Below, piece after piece: positions 27,261-39,000 of a DNA stretch of 64,000 nucleotides. Under the pieces are notes generated by a model that saw nothing but the letters and a program-made list of their open reading frames with translations, did no database searches and was not told where the DNA came from. This stretch comes from Raillietiella orientalis (taxonomy: Eukaryota), in the NCBI GenBank assembly GCA_036172245.1, contig JAYWIR010000023.1, forward strand, positions 62,001 through 126,000, given 5' to 3'. Position 1 is the first letter of the stretch. Every line of letters begins with the position of its first letter. The translations under genes were made by a program, and so were the position numbers.

Positions 27261-28772
27261 TACGTTGATAAAGTATTCGTGCCTGCGTACCTTGCAGATG
27301 GACACGAGGTCATAAGCACACAGACCCAGAATGTTTGATTCACACTGTTTTTCATACGGGTGCGCCGGGACGTTTATTGCTAAACCATCCAGGAACAAAG
27401 TTCCCAGACAAAGGGTACAGAGGTACAGAGGAGGGAGGGATTCCCGAAACGCAGGTCGGTATAACCGAAGGTCCGGAACGGGAAGGAGAGGACCACAAAT
27501 AAATGTATAAAAAATATAAAAAAGATATGGGGGGATTGGGGACAAGGGTCTTTGGCTTCGGCTTTTGGCCTGATTCACACTGTCGAGTTCTGCGAGTGCC
27601 TTTTTCTGATGAAACCGGAATCCACTGGGGAAGGATCGACCGGGCGAAAAGGTCGGGATTTCTGGTAAAGGAGTGTCTCCGGGTGTGGATTCACACCAGC
27701 GGAGGACCACGGGGAGAACGAACAGCAGCTGAAGGAAGGGATGACGCTTCTCGACGGGATGCACTGACTTGGGTGCCGCAGCTGCCGGGGATTTGGCATT
27801 CTGGGGTTCTCGGTTCCCTCCTTCTTGCCGTGGGAGGTCCCTGCGGAACGGAGCACGTTTTACGATCCCTGGGAGAGAGTGCTGAAAGTATTGGGCATGG
27901 GTAAACGTTCGAAGCAGCGGCAGCGAACAGCGTGAAGACAAGAGAATGGGAAGATGCACGTAAACTTTCGAGGAGCTCGGATTTCAAGGAATGCGAAGGG
28001 AAGATTGCTGTTACATCCTCTGTGGCTCCCAACATGATAAGCTCCAGCATCTTGTTTTATCTATACTTTATGTTTTTCTTGTTTTCCCTTCATTTCGAGA
28101 ATCTCAACACGTGAACCCTTTACGTATTTCTTTTCTCCAGCTTTCCATTCTCAGCTTTAATGGAAGGGGGGAACTTTTCCAAGCTATGACTACTTCGACT
28201 ATGGTACTCTCTTCGTATGCCTACAGCCTTGGCTGTTTTCAGACTGTGGAACTGAGGAACTGATTTCTTTTTGTGGAAGTTTCCTCCCTCTGCTCTTAGT
28301 ACGCAGCGGATGACGATCCACGCGCATCACATGAGATAAGTTCCTTTCGGGCATTTTAGATTTCCGTTAGGATGCTGTGATTTCCGAGAACAACAAAGAT
28401 GCAAGGCTTTTCCGCTCGGGGGTCTTTGGGGGAAGGGGGGTGGGGGGTGTACGTGCGGGTCATGACAGGAGCGAAACCTCCAGGCGATTTGAATTCAACG
28501 GTGCTGTTTCCGTGTTATCGATTTCTCCCATTTCGGGGTAAGAACTGGAAACTCTGCCCCGTTGTGTACCCTGCTGCAACTCTAATATAAACATCCATGT
28601 TCCGAAACTCTCACGAAGAGATCTCATTCTGGAAAGATTCTGATATCCTGCCAGATTCGCAAAGGGAACTTTTTCTGCATCATCCGAATGCCCGAGTTCT
28701 CACAGTGTTTCTCCCGATCTGTTTCCTCTCATCGCATCTGTGCGCGTTTTCATGTGGAATTAAACAGATGTA

Positions 28773-28777
<5 letters not shown>

Positions 28778-28806
<29 letters not shown>
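28778..28806. repeat. (TA)n microsatellite
   Basis: Uninterrupted AT run. Confidence 0.95.
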
Positions 28807-28809
<3 letters not shown>

Positions 28810-29006
28810 GCGCCAGCATCTGAAGCCCAGAAAAGATATATAGCTGGACCCTTCCACTTACCTCATGTTCTGCAATCCTCATGCATTTCTGCACGAAGCG
28901 ATGATGGAAGACTCCTTCGGTCCTTGAGTGGCCATTCTACGTTCATCTCAGGAGCTTCGAAGTTGGCAAAGAATCGGCGAAAACCTTAAGTTAGGTGTTT
29001 GGAATA

Positions 29007-29068
29007 GCAAATGATTTTGTGAGTGTGCACATTTACGACGAACGTTTCGTACTCACGAAATCATTTGC
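29007..29068 (+). ncRNA. Pre-miRNA-like hairpin (candidate)
   Basis: gcaaatgattttgtgagtg pairs with tactcacgaaatcatttgc (19 bp with two G:U pairs on the + strand). Total length is 62 nt. No known miRNA recognised. Confidence 0.3.
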
Positions 29069-29518
29069 ATATGCAACGATGTATATATATACTAGTTGAA
29101 AACCACATATATATTCAAAATCTGAGGTCCCAGCTCAGCTGGAACACGTAGCCAAGTAGCTTCCGACGAGCAAGAAAGGCAGGAAGCGCAGCACACGGTT
29201 CGGCGCATCGCGGTGTGTCCCGGCGGTGTAGGGCGAGCGGCACGGGATCGCGTGTTGTTTCTGTTAATTTACGAGTATCATCATAGATGTCAGGACCAGC
29301 CAGACCGCGAGAAGCTTGCGGAAAGGATAAACGTGCAGGGCGCACGAGCAGAGTTTCCCTATGATAGTTGCACGGGTAACGCCCGATCATATGCTTGTAG
29401 TGCTGTTCTTAGTGTGTTTGTGCATCTTTTTGTAACCTAAGTTCGCTTAAATAGCTTTGTATTTCAGTTTAGCAAATTTTCATTTGAAAGAAACTGAGCT
29501 TTTTCGCTTTAGCTTTAA

Positions 29519-29522
29519 ATGG
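29519..29522 (+). CDS. unc-115: Putative first coding exon (ATG G) of abLIM/UNC-115
   Basis: ATGG|GTAAGT is a perfect phase-1 donor. Splicing to the phase-1 acceptor at 41127 gives MGKVHCAKCHKKCSGEVL, like the MGK start of UNC-115. An upstream tttcag acceptor at 29462-29467 could define the exon's 5' edge. Confidence 0.55.
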
Positions 29523-29817
29523 GTAAGTCTTGATTGTAGGAATGCATGTTGTGATCAAGGTTATGTGTAGATGATGCTGAGTTGCAAACTTCGTGTCCCG
29601 CTGTAGTGTTCCGTCATTTATTCATTATCCCGCGGTGAATGATGAAAATTGCAGCTCCGTTTTCGTTATTCGATGCAGGGCAGAGGGAACAGCGTGTGTA
29701 CTATTCATATGTGTTCATCGTATGTGTGTTTACATCAGTAATGGGTGTTTGCTAAAATTATCCGTGTCTCCGCAAATAGTGTTAATTTGAGTGACGTTCG
29801 TCCACCGGTTAAATGAC

Positions 29818-29819
<2 letters not shown>

Positions 29820-29859
<40 letters not shown>

Positions 29860-30014
29860 TCCTTTTTTTTTTTTCTTTTTCCCCCTCCCAAATTTTTGCA
29901 GCTTTATGATTCCCATTCGGAAGAGGTTGGCAGAAATAGCAGATAGGCGAACGGAGAGGGCATGACTGTCATGGGAGGGGGAAAAAAAAAAAAAAAAAAG
30001 AAAGAAAGAAAGAA
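29820..30014. repeat. Poly-T tract + CCCCCTCCCA inverted to TGGGAGGGGG + poly-A tract
   Basis: tttttccccctccca (ending 29890) is the exact reverse complement of tgggagggggaaaaa (from 29972). The flanking T and A runs extend the pairing. Confidence 0.75.
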
Positions 30015-33000
30015 ATGATGATGATGGCAAAAAGTGACCACCGATTTCTCGCATTCTGGATTTCGGATCCTCGGCCTACGAAATTCTCGGAGTTCTGGTG
30101 AAAGACGGAGCTTGTGATTTTTGTAGGGCTGGTGCGGTGTGCGTTTTTGCGTGATGTTTCGCCTCTGCTTCCGTGGTGCCTTCTCGAAATTTTTCAGTCC
30201 TCTTGAGAGAGAGAGAGAGGTGAAGAAGAAGAAGAAGAAGAATAGCTTCAGGTCACCACAGTATTTTGTTGAGAGGATCTCTCGGTCGAAAAGCAACTCT
30301 CAGAACGCAAAGCTCCATCAAAGAGGGGGGGGGGGGGTGCTGCGGAAAGCCCGCACTATTCGTCTCGAGTTTCCTGGTTACGCGGAAAACACCAACTGAG
30401 CGCGCGCACTTTGAACGCATTCCCGGAGGAATCTGTTCAGGTTCCCGAACAAGTGGGCTGTTTGGTTCACGGGATATTTGAAAGGGGGGGACACACCTAC
30501 GGCCTGCCGTCGGTGTCCGCCGATGTGACTACCAGTTTCCATTAGACGAACTCGACTCGCACTTTCAAACACGCCGTCAAGGAGACGGTATCGATTATTT
30601 TCCATGGAGAACTGACCTTGATGCTCCGCGATCATGGTGGAAGCGGGCAGAACGGTAACCTTTTGTGTGTGTCGCGAGCGGTCCTTCGGGATGGCTCCCC
30701 GCTCGCGGGACGCCGGGATCAAATTTCGGATGCTTTTCCTCCTCCATACGGATGGATGGGTGGAGAAATTGGATTGCCACGCGTTTGTGTGGCACGTGGC
30801 CAGCTTGGTCCCCTGCTGATATCCCTGCGAAGGCGTGCAGATTCGTGTGTGCAGGGGGGGGAGGGGGGGGACAGCGCGCGAGAGAGTGTTGCAGTGTTTT
30901 TCAGAAGCGGGAATAGAGAGGCAAGAGGTTTTCCCTTTTGCGGGAAAAAAAAAAAAAAAAAAATATTCGCTACGAGCAGGCGAGGTGTGCTTGAAACTCG
31001 AGCGAGCCTTCCCCCCCCCCTCTCCCTCCCTCCCTCCCTCCCGAAAATCCCACGTAAAATGCATTTCAGAGTTCAATTCTTCTCACGCACTCTGTCATTA
31101 AATTACAGGGGGGGGGGGGAGGGAGGAGACGGGGGGCAGCAGGAAAAAAAAGAAAGAGAAAGAAAACGTGATCAAAGAATTGATCCCGGAGTGTATCCAG
31201 TTGCGCTTATCGATTTAAGCACTTGTTTTTCCTCTTTGTCTTTTGACACACTTCTCCTTATGTGTGTTTTGTCTGTGCCTGTGGTTTTTTTTTTTTTTTT
31301 CTTCTTCTTCTTCTTCTTGGTCAGCACGACAAGCGCGCAGCGCTAGTTGATCTCTGTGGAGGCGAAACTCTCCACCGCTTATGGAGTTTCATTCTTTCAC
31401 CGGGACAGGTCGGGACTCTGTCGAAACTTCTCATTGGCAAAGGAGGCCTCGACCTTTGCTGCTGATCCTTGCGGTACACTCTTGCCCCCGGGCGGGCAAC
31501 AACAGGCTGCTGAAGGGGGCAGCTCTTCCGCTGTGAAGTTCGGCGGGGGGGGGGGGGGAACTGGCAGGCACTGCTTGCGTTCGTTCCCGCGCCTGTGAAA
31601 GGGGTTGTTGCGTGCACGCTGAGAGAGCTCGGGAAGCTTTTCGTAGTCTTCCGCCTTCTGACCTTCGCCGTGAGAATTTGGTCTCGGGAGTCGGGAGGAA
31701 TTGTCAGGAAGCACCGTCCCTCCTCGGGAGACGGCATTCGGGCGCGCCTGCCCAACGGAGCCATTCGCGCCTTGCATCAGGCACCTTCTCCTGTTGGCGC
31801 GGAAGTGGTACCTTCCGAGTGAGAGGCGGCGCGAGGCTGCCGATGGAGGCAGAGGAGCTCGCGCGACCACCGATGGGCCCGTCGCCGCTGCCGCTCTCCT
31901 TCGCGTCTCCTCCGCAGGCAACTCTGCCTATCCCCCCGTCTATCGATCCTCCTGTGATTTACCGGGGAGGGAGGAGATATCTCGGCGTCTCGCGATGACT
32001 CCGCACCCTTTTTCCGTCGCTATCGCTCGTCTCGTGCGAGCTTCCGGGAAGGGTCGGGCGTCCCCTTTCTTGCCGCGGGACGCATTGACGGCGCCAGAGT
32101 GTCGCTCGAGTTCTGGACTCGAGGGACGGATTGCGAAAGCGGAAGAGAAGGATTCAAAAAAGCTGGGACGGTCGGTCTTCTTGTTCCCGGCATGTGTTGC
32201 CCCCTCCCCTCCCCCCCGCATATCCTTCAGACTTCTACTTTATTCCATGTTCGGAAGGTTAGCACGCACGCGTGTAGGGAACGACGGAACGCGAGGAGGA
32301 ATCGGATCGCTCCGCTCGGAGCCGGATGTTTCCCCCATCCAGCATTCCCTCTCCTCGTTTCTGACGTCCGTTCTGGGCGACGACTGCAGTGGTGGGGTTG
32401 GAATCCTACTAGTGAGTTCCTGCTCCCTCCTATTTCAGGACTGGAGCGGAAGACGTAGTTTCGATGGGCGCGGCTCGCATCGGAAAGGAAGAAAAGAAGC
32501 AGTCGGCCACAGCGGGAATCGCCTTCTCATAGGTCCGACGCCCTCCTGAGGGAAGCGTCGTCATTCTCTTCGCCTTCCTGGTGGAGGTGGTGTAATTTTT
32601 GTAGGCGCGCAGGCAATAGACGGGGCCTGTTGCTTCTGGTGGTGCTGCTGCTGCAGTGCCTTAGGCGCTTTGCTTTCGGCTTGCGTCAAGATGCGGAGCA
32701 TGGACCACCGTCGCCCTCCTCCGTGTCTCCTTTCCCCACGCCCTCTGCCTTTGCTCATGAGGCGGCGAATGCTTGCTATCTCTCTGTTCGTTGCTTCTCG
32801 CACGGCATTTTGGGTGAGCAGAACCAACCCTTTTCCGGGAGCGAAACTGTAGTAACTTCGGCTGCACTTCCCTCGCCTTGATGGCCTCCTCCTCCTTCCC
32901 GGAGCCCTGTTCGGTTCCACATGCTTTTTTCTTTGTGTGCATCCATGCGACCTTACTGTTTCCGAAAAATTTTGGTGGGACAGAGAGATCTAAAGGAGCG

Positions 33001-36000
33001 AAAGGAGCAAAAAAAAAAAAACTCTCCTCCTGCGGCACCGGGTACTCCGTCGCTGGCTCGGATGAACCATGCAAAAGTGATTCCTTTTTCCCATCGTTCT
33101 TTACCAAACATCTCTCTGACACCCAGAATGTTTCCTCCACAGTATTCTTTGGTTCCTTCGAGAGAAATCACGACTTCCGGTTCGGGACTAATTCCGTATT
33201 TTCGCATGTTGGAGCTGAACAGTAGATCACTTTTCTGTCTTCGTGGTCTGCGTGGTGGAGCGGTCGGTCAGGAGGAGCGTCCTGACCGCGGAAGACTTGA
33301 TGCGCCCTTTCCCGAGGATACTGCGGCTTCAGGGTGGTCCGCTGCATCGATCGTAAGCGGCGTCTTCAGCCACACCTCTCGGTATCGGCGGAGGCAGCAG
33401 CAGCAGCAGTTGCAGGATCGTTGTGGGCCCCCAGAACGACCCGCATGCGCACCGTTTGCGGGTCGTGCTATCACAGCTGTTCCCCGCGACCTCCAACCCC
33501 ACCCCCATCTTTTTCTCCACGAGACACAGCGGAGTGCTGCGCACGCACACCGGCAAACCATCGCGTGCGCTCGTCTTCCGCCTTCCGACGAGAGTGGCGG
33601 CGAAGATCGGAGGCGACTGCGCTATTTGCGGATACAAACAGGGAGCGCTTTCTCTCCAAGGTCAGCCTCCACGAGATGCGCGGATGTTGTCGTTTCCGCG
33701 CGATTTTGAGGGAGGGATGGGAGGGAGGAGGACGGGGAAGGCCTTGGCCGCGGGTTTTGCGGTCTCCGTACGAACATCGTTGCGCTCGTGCGATTAGCAT
33801 GAAGCGGAGGAGGATGGATGCAAAAGGCGCGCGGGAGATACTTGTGCGGCGCTTTCTGGAGTTACTCGTTGCTACGGGTGTACGCCAGACCATAGCAGGT
33901 CGTCTGCACTCACGAGGTTTGCGACCGGCTGTTCGCAGCCTTTGGCGAGCGAGCAGCAACAAGTGAAATGAAAAGAAAGCTTGCTATACTTTCTTCTCCT
34001 TAGCCATGGCGGTCGCTTTTTCGAGCGCGGCGGCAGGCTGTACCAACGTTAGGGGGGGATGCTGCTTCCGACCTTCGTCTTCTCTGCAATCGCCTCTCGC
34101 GCGCACGTGCCACGCCGTTCTCGAACGTACCTGCGGTGCCCTGTTTCTCCGGACTACGTGCTGTCGTACCGCTCCTGGTCCCTGGACTGTGCTCAGAGAA
34201 GCGCAGCACCAACTCTCACGCATACTTTTCCGCATTCGCGCGCTTAGCACGCACGGGGTGTTTCCCCTCCCGTATTTCGCTTGCTTTTGCGCCGTTTTCC
34301 TTGGTACCGGCGGAGTTCCCTTCCGGGGAATTTTCGCCAACCTCGGGTGAAGTAAAAGAGGCGTTGCTGCACCAATGGGGTTTATTCCCTATCTGCACCG
34401 GACCAGCTTGCCATGTAGGCATCTGCTCACTCTTCGGTCTGCCGTGGTTCGGGTGCAGCAAATAGAAAGCTATTTGCCCACACCGAAGAGCAGCTGTTTC
34501 CCACGGAAGCCCCGATGAAGGCTGACCTAATCCCACCGTCGTGATTCAGAAGTTTTGTGTTATGGAGCCCAGCGTTCTTCCGCAGTCCGAAGAAGTTCCT
34601 AAATCATGTAAAGCTTTCATCTGAGGCTTTGAAGCTTTTTTTTTTTTTTTTTTTTGAGAGAAATTCACTTCTTGTTGCACTGCATCTGAGTGGAGCAGCA
34701 GAAAGACGTTTCGTCCAACAAGCACGTAGAATGCCCGGGTTCGCTTTTTGTCAAGCATCCTTCTAGCGTGCACGTCACAGATCAGTTTCTTGTTCGGCTG
34801 CCTTTCTGCCGTTATATTGATGTGATGCAAAGAAGCGTGCTTTCTTCCGCTTAGGGCAGTGTCGTTCCGGCAGAGTTTCCGGGGATGGCGCGTCACACAG
34901 GGAGATGACTAACCTGTGATCCTGTGCTGGTCGTTCTTAGTTGGTTATCCCTCCCCCCCCTGCCCAGCTTCCCCCGTCCTCCAGCTCTTCCCGCCTTTTC
35001 TCTCCCACGTCAGATTTGAGGCGGTTCTTTAGAGCTTTTGCTGCGCAGTCGACATGAGTGTGCCCCGTTCCCAGCGATGTTCTGCCGACATACACCCGCA
35101 TCTCTCAGGGAGGGACGTTAGTTACTCTTCTCGAAGAGCGTTGCAGCAGCGAGACAGGTAGCATGGTGGCTTCCACCCGTGAATGGGCCGCGGTGAACTA
35201 GGGCGCATTAGGTCCGGTACTGAGCAGAGGGCTCTGTGCTTCCTATTTTCTTTCGCCGCGTTTTGCAGCCTTCCCCCATGAAGAGCCTTTTGCAACCCGC
35301 GGGATTCCCAGCAATTTTCGAGAACAGTACCCGGGTGAGTATTACAAGTTCTGGCGACACACATACGGGGCAGCCCCTCCTTCGTCCCCAGTTCGTGGTC
35401 CCGGATGCGTTTTTCTCGTGGTGGGCACACAAATGTTTTCCCATCTTTCCCTTCACGGCTCCCATCTTTCCTTTTATTGGCGCGGCATGGGAACTTCCGT
35501 GTCTTCAGTGGACAGAGGAGCAAGGGAGCTTAGGTGATTTTGGAAAACTTGATCAGGTGCAGCGCTGCGTTTTTTCTTGGTGGTTTTCGGTCGGTCCCAA
35601 TGAAAGCGAGGACTTGCACTTGTCACCGGTGTTTTGTTTTTGATTTTGTAAATAAAAACCGACCGTGAAGTGAACATCTTGCAATGCTGAAAGACATTTC
35701 AGAATGTTTGTATTTTTGACCTCCCCTCCCGTCATCCTCCTCCTTTTGCTGTTGTTGCTTCCATGTGTTAGCATCTGCAATATAAGATTGGATTGACGGC
35801 TCATCCCAACAGGAAGTGCGATAACAGCACGACGTTTCAAGATAACACAAAGCATGGGGGCGCGAACAGTTTCGAAATAGGTCGGCGGAATTTTTCCAGA
35901 CGCATCCTGGTGCGTCTCAAGGATTCCCGTGATTTTTCTCTGAAACGCGGTCTTTCGCGCTCATCCTTTCTAACAGGTGGAAAGAGAAAGCGAAGAGTGT

Positions 36001-39000
36001 GTGGTTTGGTGTGTCGTGCCGGGGGTACTGGAAGTGCTATGAGCTCGGCTTGATTTCCTCCTGCTCCCCCGGAGTCTCGGATCGCACATTCGGAGCCGAG
36101 TTGTTTTCGTGAATCCCGCTGTGCATGCGACGGACTGAATTCTTATTGATTCTTGTTGGTCTGCATCTGCATTGCTCCTCTGATGAAGCCTACTCGAAAG
36201 AAACTGTGTGCCGCATCTCGTGTTCAGCCACGCATCACCTCGTCACGCCTTCCTTCTACTGCCCTCTCACTTCCCTTTCGAAAGAGAGAGGGAGGGCAAA
36301 CGACCTTAGCTGTTAGGATGGTGTGTAGCAGGAAGCGCCATCTCGAGCGGCCCGGCATCTTCGTCACACTGACGTCTGCCAGTGCATTTATATGTGCCTC
36401 GTTCGATCTTTTCTCTTATCAGTCAGAATCCTCGCTCAAAGTAATACAACACGCGTGGGTTCTCGTGGGCAGTAATATGGGAAAAACCACCGGCAGGAGA
36501 GGTTCGCTTGACGTTCCCAAAAGAAGGCCGTCTTTGGAAGGATCGCATGTAGTCTCCCCTGATCTATTTGGTGTCTCTCTGGCGCGGAACTGGTCCTTCC
36601 TATTTCCTCCTGTGCGTTCACGAATCTTCTCCACATTTAGACTGCAAGCATATCCCTCGATTACCAGGAGAGGGAAACGGCCCCTTGTAAGAACTCGGCG
36701 TCTTTTCTCCCAGTCTTCCCCCCCCCCCCCCATCTCGAGGAATCCGGGGCTGAACGGGTGCATCGGAGAATCAGAGGTGATGACTCATCCAAGCAGCTCG
36801 CAATGTGCGTGGGCGGTGCTTCCCAGCCTCTCCGAAAGCAATGTGGAGATGGCATCTTGTCAGCGCCCTGGGCACCCTGCTCGCTATCCATTCCTCCATA
36901 GCTGGCCTGCAGCTCGCAGAGCCATACCTTCCCCCTTCCTTCACTATATATACACTACGTGCGCATACGCGTTTACTCTCCTCTTCTTCCTCTCCTACCT
37001 TTTTTCATCCCCTTCCAAAGTACTCCTCGGGTTCCGAATGAGCTAGTCCGCAGAATGGTCTCCGTGAGTCTGTGGGTTATCGAACGGTCACTCCTTCTCA
37101 AGACGGAGGCGGTGACGGGATGGTGACGGGGGCGCTTTGAGGTAGGCGTTCTCACCTCCAGTCTTTTCTCATCTCCCCGGAAGCGTGCGTGCCCTTCCGT
37201 TGGCTGCGTTGCGTTGCGCTGCCGTTCCCCACCCTCTCTCCCTTCCTCTTTTGCTGCTTCTCCCCTGTGCAGCCGATGGCTTCACGACTTGAGATCATTC
37301 AGATCTTCAGATCATGGAGTTTTGTTGAGTCGGAGCCAAGCCGACCAGAAAGGTGCCATCGGCTTCAGCGAGTGACGCGACGGTGCGCGCAGCACTGGCA
37401 ACGTCTCCTCGCACTTCACGACCCGTTCGGGGATTTTGCTGCTCCACGTGCTTCTGTTTTGCAAAGTCACGAGCGTGTCTAGGTGTCGTTTTCGGGGAGC
37501 ACTGGGGCGTCTGGTCACGAGCCCTTGTTCACGCGCGCGCGCGTCACCAGAAAAAAGTAGCCTTCGGCGCTAGCAGCAGCCTGCAAGCGAGACAGCAGGA
37601 CAGCCTCCTTTCGTCCGGCGACGTTGCCACCTTGTCGTTGGTTTCTGTGGGAGTGGCTTTGCATAGGGATCTCTATGCGTGTCGCTTTATTGGGACGCGC
37701 CCGCGTCTTTTCTCGAAGTTTCTCAAGCAATCCTTTCACACATGATTTTCACTGCCTGGAGACATTTCCAGAATTTTCCACCGTCCCCGTGGTCGCAAGG
37801 CCGACAGTGACCGCTCACGCAAAGGGAGGGGCGGAAGAGGATGGGAGGTCCCATCGTCCGGGTGTTCCCGTTTCTGTTCCGAACGTACCGGACTTTTCCT
37901 CTTGGGAAAAACAGCGACCGCTTCTTGTCACGGGTGTCATCAGAAAACCTAACCGACCGGCACAGTGGCGGTGCTTTTTCCCGTGGTGAGTGCAAGTGAT
38001 GCAGCAGGCAGGTCACCGCGACCTGATTAGTCGCGGATGGCGTCACGAGTCCATGGGGGGCTCGTTCGGAGCGTCAGCGATCGGTTATCCCTGAAGAGGT
38101 TTCCGTTCATCGAGCTTCGTATTTCTCGTATTTCTCTGTTCGTCTTTTTCACAGGAGGGCAGGCCACATGAAAAGGAATGTCTTCGTTTCCGCAGAGTGT
38201 GTAGCTCCCGAGAACATCTCGATGGCCTCCCCCGTGGATCAGCGTGCCGTATCTCCACTTTTTTTTTTTATCTCGTTACCTGCTACACTGTTCCCGTGTT
38301 GCGCTTCTGTTCCTCTCTCGCGGCTCTCGAATTTTGCAGTCTCTCTTCCCAAGGACACATGGCTGGAAAGGTGCTCCGGAGGGGGGACAGGGATGCAGCA
38401 GCAGAGCCCATCGGATCCCTTTTACAGTGAACTCTCCTTCAAGAGGGAGCATGTCGGTGGTGCAAGAGGCCGTCGCAGTCCCGCATTTCTTGTGTTGCCC
38501 CCCGATCCTGGTGTTCTTCGCCTCGTTTTTCTTTATTTCCTATTCGTTCTTGTGCATGTCTTTTTTTTTCTTGTTCTAAGAAACTCGAAGGTGCACGGGG
38601 CCGCCAGGGTTCACCTGACTTCTCCTTCTTTCGCTAAGTACCGCGAGCGAGTGAAGCAAATAACGAAATGGGCGACGGATTGTTGGCGGTCACGATGGAG
38701 CTGAGCGTGCCGGAGCTCGACTCTCCTTTAGTGAATTCGCTTGAGGTTGGGTGACACGACCCCTGTCCTTCCTCCTGGCTCCGAGATTTGCATCCCTTCG
38801 CATGCATCACGCCTCGTGTCTTCTCTGGCGCACGTTCCTGCGAATTCCTTTCTGTTTCCAGGGGGGAAGGGAAAGCTGAACCCCCAGCCCGTGGGAAGGA
38901 TCACGAGAGAGCGAGCAGTAGGCCCCCAGAAATTCGGAAGAGTCGTTCTCTTTGTGAAACGGAAGAGCAAGGAGATCCTTTCACGGCCATGATGCTTGCT

